A DNA stretch of 64,000 nt from a virus (taxonomy: Duplodnaviria; Caudoviricetes): IMG/VR virus record IMGVR_UViG_3300022917_000008, positions 32,001-96,000 of that record. One strand, written 5' to 3'. A program made the translations under genes and the position numbers. Below are positions 18,276 to 27,493 of this stretch, in pieces (within the stretch, counting starts at the first letter, position 1; each line of letters begins with the position of its first letter). The notes beneath the pieces are model-generated. The model had not been told where the DNA came from and made no database searches. It saw nothing but the letters and a program-made list of their open reading frames with translations.

Positions 18276-18476
18276 TTATATGCTTATCACATCAATGCCT
18301 ATTCCAATGAAGCCTGGTTCCAAGTCTTCTGCAAGCCTTTGGAACTCAGAGTGAACTGTTTGGCCCTTCTTGCCAATTCCAACAAAGGAGTCACTGACTG
18401 TAACATTGCGAAGTGGTATCTTTTTGATAGTACCCTTCACTTCAATTCTCTTAAATATCACCAGTTTCTTTGGCAT
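18276..18476 (-). CDS. Small hypothetical protein
   Basis: 66-aa ORF packed directly after the 166-aa gene. Confidence 0.5.
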   Translation of the reverse strand: MPKKLVIFKRIEVKGTIKKIPLRNVTVSDSFVGIGKKGQTVHSEFQRLAEDLEPGFIGIGIDVISI

Positions 18477-18482
18477 AAAACA

Positions 18483-18983
18483 TTAATCCTCATCATCATC
18501 AAAGTCCTTCAGTCCAGCAAGTTCTGCTTCAGCCCTTGCTCTTTGCTCCTGTGGTGTAAGAGCAGCCTCAATACTCTTGTGTAGGTCCTTAGCCCTTGCT
18601 CTCTTGTCATGAGCATAGGCATCCCAGTTCTTCTTCCTGATGGTGAGCCTGAAGAATGTCAACCATTTCTCAGCCTCCACCTTGTTGATCATCAGTTCCC
18701 CAGTGTTGCTAAACTCAGGATCATGATTGGCTGCAGCCCCTTTCAGTGCTGATGCCATCTTCTGCAGGCTGGCCACATTTGCTGCACAAAGGTCCTGCAC
18801 AGTCATTGGGGATGCTTGCCCAAATGTCCTTGTGGCAGGATATGTGATATTCCTATCCACACACATACCAATGAAGGCATACCTCTGCTGAGTTTCTTCT
18901 GCAGTCAGTTTGGCTGGCAGCCCTGGCTTAACAGGAACTGGGGCCTGAGCTACAGGTGTAGCATTTGCTTGTCCATCATTCAT
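18483..18983 (-). CDS. Hypothetical protein
   Basis: 166-aa ORF with an A-rich start context. Confidence 0.7.
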   Translation of the reverse strand: MNDGQANATPVAQAPVPVKPGLPAKLTAEETQQRYAFIGMCVDRNITYPATRTFGQASPMTVQDLCAANVASLQKMASALKGAAANHDPEFSNTGELMINKVEAEKWLTFFRLTIRKKNWDAYAHDKRARAKDLHKSIEAALTPQEQRARAEAELAGLKDFDDDED

Positions 18984-19044
18984 TTTATTCAGATTTTGAT
19001 TGTTTCAAAAACAAGGGGAGGACCATTCTCACCCTCCCCTTTAT

Positions 19045-20724
19045 TCAACTTTTGTTAAACAAGTACAGAGTACCTGCAGTCAGACATAATATGCCTGAGT
19101 TGCAGATTCTGAGTACTGACTGCTCAGTCACAAACCTACATGCTATAGTTGCTATCTTTGCAAGGTCAGACTTTCTGTATACATCCATAGCACCATTTGT
19201 TGGTATGTATAGATGGTCTCCTCTTTCAGCAATGATACACATCCCATTTAGCTTCGGGCCCAACTCTACTCTCATACCCTTGACAGCAAATAAGAAGTGC
19301 TCTACTTGGCTGCCCAATTTACTCTCAATGACACCATATTTACCACTAGGGCATAAATACACATCAGTTGCATTAGTAGCTGTTCTCAGTGTTGTCATAT
19401 GACCCAACGAGATGTCAATGATAAACTTACTACCAACTACAGTCTGGACTATGCCAGTTTGCACCACAACTGATTTAGTGTAGATAGAACCCATTGTAGA
19501 GGATATGTGTCCATTGAGGATTTGGTCTACTGCAATAATAATGAAGGAATCACTTCCACTATCAAAGTATATGCTCTTCCCATTACTTGTGTGACCAAAT
19601 GAACCTGATGGGATGAGAAAGTTCTTCACTTCCTCCTCTCCTTGTTGGGTGCAATTGTAGAGTTTACTGTACCTTGTTATTACAACATTGGTATTACCGA
19701 GGATACATCCTTCAGCCTTAGTTGATACATGGTGCTTAGCATATGCACCTGGGCCTGTACTTCTGTAGATTGTGAATGTATCAGTATCTTTCCTTGTGTA
19801 GAAGAAGCTGTCTGTTGCATCAAAGTCTTCCACATCAAGATTGATTGTTCTTACTGTAAGCTCACCTTCCTTAATAGCCTGTATGAATGAGGATACTTTG
19901 CCTACTGGTACATGAGCATTAGTATATACTCCTCCACTCACATTAGGCACAAACCTCTCAGCATCCTGGAATATCTTAATGAACTGGTCAGTGACTCTTC
20001 TGTCACTAAATGGTTCATAGAATGCAGGGATTACCAAATCAGGATCATTTGATAATACTGAGATTTTCCTGATCACTCTGTCCTCAAACTTCTGTACCTT
20101 CCTGTGTATACCCTTGTAAGGGTGTAGATGAGTGAACATCTGGAAGACCATAACTGAAAGTGCATAGTAATCAGACTTGTCATCAATGTGGTTGTACAAC
20201 CAATCCCTTATCTCAGGCAACATCACACCTGAGTGTGGTCTGCTCTTAGTCTGGAATGAGTCCACATCAATGAAATAGACCTCAGCCTTGTTGGACACAA
20301 ATATGTTATAGGGGTTGAAGTCCCCTATCACAATGCCCAACTTATGTGCCTGGATCATGCTGGCTATCATACCAGCATATATATCTTGCTTGACCTTCTC
20401 TGTGAACCCTGCCTTAGTTGCAGTGGGCTTAGAGAAGATAGTTGCAAGTAGGTGCAGTTTATGAGTATCTAAGTACTTCATAGACAGACCTTTAAGAAAA
20501 CCTTGTTTGTCGTAAAACAACTCCAATGGCTTAATGAAGTTGTCAGGGAGTACCATAAGCTCCTGCAGTGTCTGTAGGGATAGATTGCCTCTCTGGTGAT
20601 ACACTTTGATGACTTGATGGGAATCTTTTGGATGCTCATACAATGTACCTTCACCCCCTCTATTGATCTCCTTGTTTGTATCAACAGACAAAGCTATCTT
20701 CCCATAACCATCATATAGTGTCAT
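19045..20724 (-). CDS. Ser/Thr protein kinase-like protein (TerY-P triad kinase)
   Basis: RGGEG Gly loop, VIKVY, IVIGDFNPYNI, FIDVDSFQ, SDYYAL, HPYKG. Confidence 0.85.
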   Translation of the reverse strand: MTLYDGYGKIALSVDTNKEINRGGEGTLYEHPKDSHQVIKVYHQRGNLSLQTLQELMVLPDNFIKPLELFYDKQGFLKGLSMKYLDTHKLHLLATIFSKPTATKAGFTEKVKQDIYAGMIASMIQAHKLGIVIGDFNPYNIFVSNKAEVYFIDVDSFQTKSRPHSGVMLPEIRDWLYNHIDDKSDYYALSVMVFQMFTHLHPYKGIHRKVQKFEDRVIRKISVLSNDPDLVIPAFYEPFSDRRVTDQFIKIFQDAERFVPNVSGGVYTNAHVPVGKVSSFIQAIKEGELTVRTINLDVEDFDATDSFFYTRKDTDTFTIYRSTGPGAYAKHHVSTKAEGCILGNTNVVITRYSKLYNCTQQGEEEVKNFLIPSGSFGHTSNGKSIYFDSGSDSFIIIAVDQILNGHISSTMGSIYTKSVVVQTGIVQTVVGSKFIIDISLGHMTTLRTATNATDVYLCPSGKYGVIESKLGSQVEHFLFAVKGMRVELGPKLNGMCIIAERGDHLYIPTNGAMDVYRKSDLAKIATIACRFVTEQSVLRICNSGILCLTAGTLYLFNKS

Positions 20725-21436
20725 ACCTTATGATTGTCAGATCATCATTGAGTGTCATGCCTTCCTTGCTCATTATAGTAATCTTGCGATTCAACATAGT
20801 GTTGATATGCATCTGGTCTTTGTTCTCCAATAAGAAGCTAATGCACTCTTCCAATGGTCTGTGGGCATGCTTAATAGCATCAATCCCATCAGTACATATG
20901 GACCAGTTCCTAACTCCTGTATAGAAGAATCCAGGCCTACCAGCAAATATAGAAGGACTAGGGTCTTCTTCCTCAATGTATGCAATGTAACTAGGGGCAT
21001 TATCCTCTCCTGAAGTCACCCTTTCATACTCTCCATCCACATATAACATACCATCTCCTAAGAACTTGACTGCCAGACTCTTAGTTTCAGTGTTGTATAT
21101 GGCAAGGACTACAGTAGAAAGAGATTCAAGGATGGTCAGTCCACTTACTTCTCTTAGGGACGCTGCATAGGTACATAGGACAGCACACAAGTCATCCAGA
21201 ACCCCTACCTGGCTCTTAAATCCCTTGGACATACTTTGCTCACACAGGAACCAAGATGTCTGTATTGTCCTCCTAAGGGCATATGCATGCATTTGGGATG
21301 CATAGTGGGACCTAATCCCATCACTACACCCATCAAACACTGCAGCAATGACCCAAGGCCCTCTTTGCTCTAAATGGTAAGCATCCTCACAAAAGTCCTG
21401 ATGGGTTGTTGCCCTCTTGTTCAGTACATGGATCAT
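20711..21436 (-). CDS. PP2C-like protein phosphatase
   Basis: CEDA, AVFDGCS, LGDG, ICTDG, DDLT motifs. Confidence 0.85.
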   Translation of the reverse strand: MIHVLNKRATTHQDFCEDAYHLEQRGPWVIAAVFDGCSDGIRSHYASQMHAYALRRTIQTSWFLCEQSMSKGFKSQVGVLDDLCAVLCTYAASLREVSGLTILESLSTVVLAIYNTETKSLAVKFLGDGMLYVDGEYERVTSGEDNAPSYIAYIEEEDPSPSIFAGRPGFFYTGVRNWSICTDGIDAIKHAHRPLEECISFLLENKDQMHINTMLNRKITIMSKEGMTLNDDLTIIRYDTI

Positions 21437-21602
21437 TTAAGTGTTTTTTGTAAATCTTCAATCACTCCCCTAGCCTTATGGTAGGGGCAATTCTGCCTCT
21501 CATAATACCTCCCAAACATAAAGGCTATGAAAGCTATCCCCAGTGTAACCACAACTGTGGATAGTTGTTTAAGCACCCACCCAGGTTCTTGGTTAGCTGC
21601 CA

Positions 21603-22298
21603 TTAGAATGCAATTGTTTGGTTAGAGGCAGATTTGCTTACAGAAGCACTGATGAAGCCAATCATCTTCCTAATCTCCTTACCACTCTGGCCTACCACAG
21701 CAAGATGCTTGAAGTGCATATCCTGCTGTGCCTTGGTGAATGAAGAAGCATTATTACCTACACCAAAGAGTATGGTGTCAAAGGCCATAATGTTCCTTTC
21801 TTCCTTGGCCAGGTTATCCAGAATACTGGCTACTTCACTGGCCCTAGTAGAAGACACATTGTTCTCACCATCAGTGATGACAAAGATCAGTACCTTCACA
21901 TTGATGCCAGTCTTTTCCAGCTGCTCCCTGTATTCCACAGTGGATTCCAGTGCCTTCTTGGCACCTGCAAACAGTGCAGTGGAACCATCCCTGGGCTTGA
22001 AGTGCATTGCCCTGGGGTCCAACTGAGAAATGGGAACATATCCACTCTTCTCATAGACCTTTTCCCCAAACTCAAGCACTTTGATCATGATTCTGGGAGC
22101 TACATGAGACTTCTGCATTTCCTCAGTGAATGTGGAGAATGCCTCATTGAGTTCCTTCTCAAAGCCCTGTACTGAGCCTGATATGTCCATGGCAACACAC
22201 ATGAGGATGATCTCATCTTCCTGTACGTTGCTTGGATCAAAGTTGGTGATGGTGTAACCTGTACCCATCATACCAAAGTCATATTCTTGTGTGTTCAT
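21603..22298 (-). CDS. vWA-domain protein (TerY-like)
   Basis: DISGSV MIDAS, GSTALF, FVITDGENN; adjacent to PP2C and kinase. Confidence 0.8.
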   Translation of the reverse strand: MNTQEYDFGMMGTGYTITNFDPSNVQEDEIILMCVAMDISGSVQGFEKELNEAFSTFTEEMQKSHVAPRIMIKVLEFGEKVYEKSGYVPISQLDPRAMHFKPRDGSTALFAGAKKALESTVEYREQLEKTGINVKVLIFVITDGENNVSSTRASEVASILDNLAKEERNIMAFDTILFGVGNNASSFTKAQQDMHFKHLAVVGQSGKEIRKMIGFISASVSKSASNQTIAF

Positions 22299-22393
22299 TT
22301 GCTTCTTTTGTTTGGCTAAATTAACCTTGTTTCAAATTCCCAATCATGGTCCTTAATCCATTGAAACTTTCTGGGACTAACCCCAGGGTTTCT

Positions 22394-23224
22394 TCAGACA
22401 GTTGCTAGCACATTGTCTGTGCTCTTGACAAACTGTACACCTGCAGCTTTGGCTTTGTTCCAGATGTCATTCACTGCAGTGTAGAATCCAGGCGGCAATC
22501 CAGGCACATCAGACATACAGTCCTCCATCACAAATATCTTGGGTGCCAACTGGGGCACTTCTGTGATGGCTTGGCGTAGTGAATTCACCACACAATGGCT
22601 CTTGGCTTCACCTGCCAGAAACACCCTCTCATATTCCATGAGTGTTTTGATGAGTGGTTGGTTGAACTGTGTCTTGGGGTCCCTAGGTATCTCAATGTTT
22701 GCCCTGAAGATACCAAAGTGTTCTGTGTACTGGTTGTCCCCCTTTGTGACGTAGTTCACAGGCTTGCCATTGCTGGATTCCCATTCACACACTGCCAGAT
22801 GGAGTGGTTTGTACAGAGCTGCACCTACAGAACCAATGAGGCAATGGTTAGGCCAGATGCAGTGAGTAAACTCACCTTGCTTCTCCAGTTCAGCCACATA
22901 GTCTATTGACCATGCAGGAGAGATACGAGGGGTGTACTTACCATCATTCAGGTCCTTGGGAGTGATGAGTGTAAATGGTGCTACAGGGCTACCATCTGCG
23001 TTCATCCACCAGCAGCTGTGTGCAATATCCAGAGGTCTGTGAGAATCCAGGCTCATGGAGATGTGATCTATCTCCTTGCTATTCTTCTGGATGAATGCAA
23101 CTACCCTGTCCATGTCCTTGGTTGCACCAGGTACTCCCAGTGCAGCTGTAAACTCAGGAGTAGCAATGTCCATGAAATCATTCTGACCATCAATGATCAA
23201 AAGAGCAATTCTTTTGTTGTTCAT
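22394..23224 (-). CDS. Nicotinamidase/isochorismatase-family cysteine hydrolase
   Basis: LLIIDGQNDF, LDSH, WPNHC, VTKG, AGEAKSHCV; start moved to ATG 23224 (MNNKRIALL). Confidence 0.85.
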   Translation of the reverse strand: MNNKRIALLIIDGQNDFMDIATPEFTAALGVPGATKDMDRVVAFIQKNSKEIDHISMSLDSHRPLDIAHSCWWMNADGSPVAPFTLITPKDLNDGKYTPRISPAWSIDYVAELEKQGEFTHCIWPNHCLIGSVGAALYKPLHLAVCEWESSNGKPVNYVTKGDNQYTEHFGIFRANIEIPRDPKTQFNQPLIKTLMEYERVFLAGEAKSHCVVNSLRQAITEVPQLAPKIFVMEDCMSDVPGLPPGFYTAVNDIWNKAKAAGVQFVKSTDNVLATV

Positions 23225-23251
23225 TTTATTTGTTTGGTTTAATGTATAAGA

Positions 23252-23510
23252 TACTGAGGAGTGTGTTGTTACACCAAATGCTCTGAGACTATTCCATGCC
23301 TCACATCTCCTAAGGAAATGGAACCTTAGGCTGCTTAACCTTCCATGTTTGACAGCATGGTATACATGGACCACGATTCATCTATGGAATATAAGTCCCC
23401 CACACCATTTGTTTGGAGATACTACCTATTACTAGGCTGTCCTTTCTCAAGACATTCCATTCGCAACTCATCATAGGATGGCTACTTCCAAGCCTACCTC
23501 CTCCTCAGTA
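23252..23510 (-). ncRNA. Structured RNA resembling 23S rRNA helices 43-44 (uL11-binding GTPase-associated centre) with a large insert
   Basis: 10-bp closing stem TACTGAGGAG/CTCCTCAGTA; 5' AGGAGGTAGGCTTGGAAGTAGCCATCCT; 3' GGTGTAACAACACACT. Confidence 0.7.
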
Positions 23511-23516
23511 ATAAGG

Positions 23517-23828
23517 TTACTCCATGTTGTGGATAGTGATGTCAGTACCCATAATGGTAACTGCAGACACCTTTTTCTTGTCCACCATGATGGTGGTGCC
23601 GTTACATGAGATGAGCATCTTGTTGGTGAGTTCAGACAGGTCCACTGTCTTCAGCGCTGGCTTAGCTGCAGCCTGTTTGTAGGAAGAACCAAGGTATCTC
23701 CTCATAGCCCTTATTGAGCCTGGGGTTGTACCCATTTCCTTAGCCAGCTGCTTGTCCCCTGATGGGTCTGCTGCCTGAATAGTGTCAATGTCTTGCTGTG
23801 TGAAGTCGAGATCATCATTCTTTTTCAT
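23517..23828 (-). CDS. Small protein with a possible HTH
   Basis: DKQLAKEMGTTPGSIRAMRRYLG. Confidence 0.6.
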   Translation of the reverse strand: MKKNDDLDFTQQDIDTIQAADPSGDKQLAKEMGTTPGSIRAMRRYLGSSYKQAAAKPALKTVDLSELTNKMLISCNGTTIMVDKKKVSAVTIMGTDITIHNME

Positions 23829-23910
23829 TGTATGTTGTTTTTTGTTTGGCTTAATAAAGGAGGTCTTACATAGACATGCAAGGCCTGTAATTTATACCCT
23901 TAAACTAAAA

Positions 23911-24315
23911 GTGGAGGTGAGGGGAGTTGAACCCCTGTCCAACTTCAGTATCAATGTGTAGGAGTTTATATGCTTATCTGTGTTTGTCTTCTACAGTAGA
24001 ATAGTCAATTCACTTATCGCGTAGCACTGGGCAGAATTGACAATCACCACACTACTTTAGGTAGTGACTCTTTTGCTTTAGCTTATTAGGCAGCTATAGC
24101 TACACCTGTGTAAAGGCTTCTTACAGCCCCTTTGCTTCTGCTGTCACCAGCTTTGGCTACACTTGCTTTCAGCATAAATGCTGATTTACCTACTTTATTA
24201 GCAGATATTGTTCCGTCTCATTTGTTAGGTACATTACTGTACTTTAGGCCCTCATGACGCTTGGGCCTGCATAACTACCTATCAATACACAAAGCTGTCT
24301 AAACCTGGCACCCCC
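23911..24315 (-). ncRNA. ssrA: tmRNA
   Basis: 5' GGGGGTGCCAGGTTTAGAC and 3' GACAGGGGTTCAACTCCCCTCACCTCCAC give a G3-U70 Ala acceptor; internal frame ends ...VAIAA-TAA-TAA. Confidence 0.9.
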
Positions 24316-24390
24316 ATAAAAGTGGGGAGAGGGCTTGCCATCCTCTCCCCAAGAACTCAAATGATCCGCAGTCTCCAGACTGTTTGCTAA

Positions 24391-25821
24391 CTAACCAGCT
24401 GCTTGAGTCTTCCTTTTGGGAGCAGACTTCTTAGCAGTAGTATTCTTGGCTGCAGGTCTTGCAGCTGCTTTCTTCTTTGCTCCACCAAAGAGGTTGAGGC
24501 CATTACCACCACTCATGGCTTGCATGAGCAGTAGTTGACCAATACCACCTCCATTCAGTGATCCACCATTACCACTCATCATGAGTAAGGGCAGCATGCT
24601 GGACAGGTCACCATTACCCTTGGCTTTGGATAGCTGGCTAAGTACCAGTAGCTGACCAATGTCATTACCACCTGCACCTACTCCTACCTGACCACCCTGT
24701 CCACTCATCAGCATGAGCATGAGGGGATCAATGCCATTAATACCCAGGCCATTGGCCTCACCACCTACCATGCTGAACAGGGATATAATCTTGGTATAGA
24801 AGTACATACCAAGAATGTTGCTCCTCTGTAGCTTGTTGGTAGTTGCCCCAGTTACAGGGTTGATGAACTTGTAGTCACCATTGACCTTTTTGCCAGTGAT
24901 AAGCAGTTCTCCATCCAACAGGATGACATCTCCTTCTTCCAGGTCCTGTGTAGGGACCTTGTAGAAGTCTACATCAAACTTCAGGCTGCCTACATCCACA
25001 CGAGTCTTCTCAGTGCCTTCTGTCTGAATGGTAACATAGTTACCCTGTTTGTCCTTAAATGCCAGTTCTCCATTCATGGAGATGGCTATCCTTCCTGGCT
25101 CCAACTTACCAAAGTTGAGGTTCATACCAGGTATGTTGCTCAGTAAATCCATTGTGTTGTTTTGTTGTGCCTCTACAGGCTGATTTGAAATTGTTTGTTT
25201 TGTCCTTTCACTAGGATTGCCCCACATCAGCTGGGCTTCACTAGGTGAGATACTAAGGGCTTCCTTAGTGTTATCACATGAGATGAACCCCCCAGGACTA
25301 TAGGTTTTCCCTCCAATTGTTGCATAGGATGGTATATTACCACCTATCGATTTGACAGGCTCCAGTACTGGGATTACTGCTCCTTTGTCTGCCTCTATGA
25401 CAAAGTGTATCCTATTAGTACTCTTAAGTAATGTGAGGGCCCCAGTTGCTTCGCCTATTACAGCAAAGAGCTTGTCTTTGAGTGTGTTATTATTCACTTC
25501 CTCAGGTTTATGACCATAAATACTTTCATAGTATTTCTCTCTGATCAGTAGATTGGACGCTATTGCATCAAGTTGGTAAGACCTAGGCAATTGATCCCAT
25601 TCTACGATGCGTATCTTGTGGAATTGTGCAGGATACTCTTTACCACTGAGGAGATGTAATATTCTCATCTCCCTATAGTATGCTATAGTGACCCTATTGG
25701 AGTTCTGACAGTTAGCCTCAGTGTGAGTTCTGTCAAAATCGTCTTTGCCCACAAAATAGTAGGCTACCCCCTGCTCCAATTTGCAGAGGTATAAGCCTGG
25801 TAGTACTTCATTGCGTTGCAT
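24391..25821 (-). CDS. Hypothetical protein with Gly/Met/Leu-rich C-terminal repeats and a basic tail
   Basis: 476-aa ORF with repeated PLMLMLMSG / LPLLMMSG / QLLLMQAMSG units; an internal start at MDLLSN is possible. Confidence 0.65.
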   Translation of the reverse strand: MQRNEVLPGLYLCKLEQGVAYYFVGKDDFDRTHTEANCQNSNRVTIAYYREMRILHLLSGKEYPAQFHKIRIVEWDQLPRSYQLDAIASNLLIREKYYESIYGHKPEEVNNNTLKDKLFAVIGEATGALTLLKSTNRIHFVIEADKGAVIPVLEPVKSIGGNIPSYATIGGKTYSPGGFISCDNTKEALSISPSEAQLMWGNPSERTKQTISNQPVEAQQNNTMDLLSNIPGMNLNFGKLEPGRIAISMNGELAFKDKQGNYVTIQTEGTEKTRVDVGSLKFDVDFYKVPTQDLEEGDVILLDGELLITGKKVNGDYKFINPVTGATTNKLQRSNILGMYFYTKIISLFSMVGGEANGLGINGIDPLMLMLMSGQGGQVGVGAGGNDIGQLLVLSQLSKAKGNGDLSSMLPLLMMSGNGGSLNGGGIGQLLLMQAMSGGNGLNLFGGAKKKAAARPAAKNTTAKKSAPKRKTQAAG

Positions 25822-26046
25822 TGCATTTGTTTGACAGCTTTCTAAATGTTGTTTACTTCTGTTGCTGCTCTCTGGGGGATACTTCCAAGATCAAGCCTTC
25901 AGCTACTGTATAATCAAAGACCTTCAGATTGTCCTTGATTGTGATAACTGTTGCTCCATCTAATAATTTGAGTGCCTCTTTATCCAGAGCATCCTCCCCA
26001 GTTAGAATGAGTCTTAGTTTCCCATTCTTTACTATGGTTCCTTTAA

Positions 26047-26463
26047 TCATGCAGCGATTGTTTTAAGGTTATGCCCACCATGTAATACATGCCCATGGTT
26101 AAGCCATGCTGCCTCATCCCCTATGATGAGAGGCATCCTATGGTGGTATGGCAGTACCACATTGTTTGCAGCAGTAGTTACTATGACAAAGTTGTGACTA
26201 GGCATGTATAGACATCCTACCTTCATAGGCCCATCCATACCAAAGCCCACATTCTTCTCATAGAACTCATCTACTTCAATAATACCTCTCTGGGCATCCT
26301 TCTTATGCCAGAACCCATGGAGGCTTTCTTCTCTGGCATTAAGTATAGGACCCTGCCCAAAGTCCAATCCAAACTTGCCTTGTAGGATACCAGACAATAC
26401 TCTGTATTGTGCCAGTACACCAGGTGTTATAAGGCCTGTACCTTTTCTGAGTCTTGTACACAT
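26047..26463 (-). CDS. SRAP/HMCES (SOS response-associated peptidase) family, compact
   Basis: N-terminal MC, NAREE, FYE, HHRMPLII..WL. Confidence 0.8.
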   Translation of the reverse strand: MCTRLRKGTGLITPGVLAQYRVLSGILQGKFGLDFGQGPILNAREESLHGFWHKKDAQRGIIEVDEFYEKNVGFGMDGPMKVGCLYMPSHNFVIVTTAANNVVLPYHHRMPLIIGDEAAWLNHGHVLHGGHNLKTIAA

Positions 26464-26992
26464 AAAAAATGATTTGATTAGTGAAAATTAGAGGCTATCT
26501 AACCCCATGTCATGAGCCTTTGTCCTGACTGCTTTAATGGTCTCTACCAGGTCATTGAATCTGTCCTCATCCATATTGAGAACTTCCTCCAATACATTGT
26601 TAGCCATACTACACAATTCACCTCCACTTGCATCAACTTCTGTGACACAACCATCTTCATAGTTGACTGTGAAGCTGTTACCCAGAGGAGAGATCACACT
26701 GAAACCTGTAGCCTTGGTTATCTCCTTGATTACCAGAGCCTTCTTCTTTCTTGCTGTTGCCATTGTAGCAATTTGTAAACTTGAACACTTTTCCTTCAAT
26801 ACTCCTACTTATAGGAGAGCTTTCTTTTGGGTGTGGGTCTATTGAGCCTATCATTAATGGTCTTAGTACCCTTAATCCTGGGGCTCTTAACACTATGTGA
26901 TTCATTCCTTGAGTCAGAGGAGGACCCTGGCCATATGAATGAATTGTACAGAATATCATCTGTAGTCTTGAACTGTTCCTCCTGTGCCATAA

Positions 26993-27493
26993 TTACAGCT
27001 TTTGGTAATTGTTCTGTATGAACTTGATTAGGTCTGTAGTAGAGTTGGCAGGATACACATCAGCTACCTGTACCAATTCAACTCCAGGCACTTGGACTAC
27101 AGGCTCACCATAGTAAGATGTTAGTCCTTTATACAGTTTCACTGGGGTGTTGCGTGAGGTTTGTTCCATGAGATATTCCAGTATACCCTGCAACATATCT
27201 ACAGACTCCATGGTAAATGCTATGTCCACTACATGTAGAGCAGCTACCATTGTGCCTCTGTCCTGTTCAGAGAATACTGGATACTTGCCTTTGGTGGCAA
27301 ACATTAAGGCATCACTATCCACGCCTACAATAAGCATGTCACAGCTAGCCTTGCATTTCTCCAGGTATTGCACATGGAGAGGGTGCAATATGTCAAAGCA
27401 ACCACTGGTTACGCCAATGGTAATACCATCCTGAAGATTCTCCAGGAATGAGCCTAATAGCATTTGGGCTCTGTCTGTGTTGGGGAAGTACAT
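26993..27493 (-). CDS. Cytidylyltransferase-like nucleotidyltransferase (RfaE domain II/TagD-like)
   Basis: TSGCFDILHPLH (HxGH-like), LIVGVDSD, KG..P, NSTT motifs. Confidence 0.85.
   Translation of the reverse strand: MYFPNTDRAQMLLGSFLENLQDGITIGVTSGCFDILHPLHVQYLEKCKASCDMLIVGVDSDALMFATKGKYPVFSEQDRGTMVAALHVVDIAFTMESVDMLQGILEYLMEQTSRNTPVKLYKGLTSYYGEPVVQVPGVELVQVADVYPANSTTDLIKFIQNNYQKL

Noticed and set aside
23225-23374. N-terminal extension of the nicotinamidase ORF in the track
   Set aside because: It overlaps the structured RNA, and the family motif begins right after ATG 23224.
23252-23510. Host rRNA contamination or a true rRNA gene
   Set aside because: Only the H43-H44-like segments match, they are split by a long insert and closed by a non-rRNA stem, and phage genes flank them.
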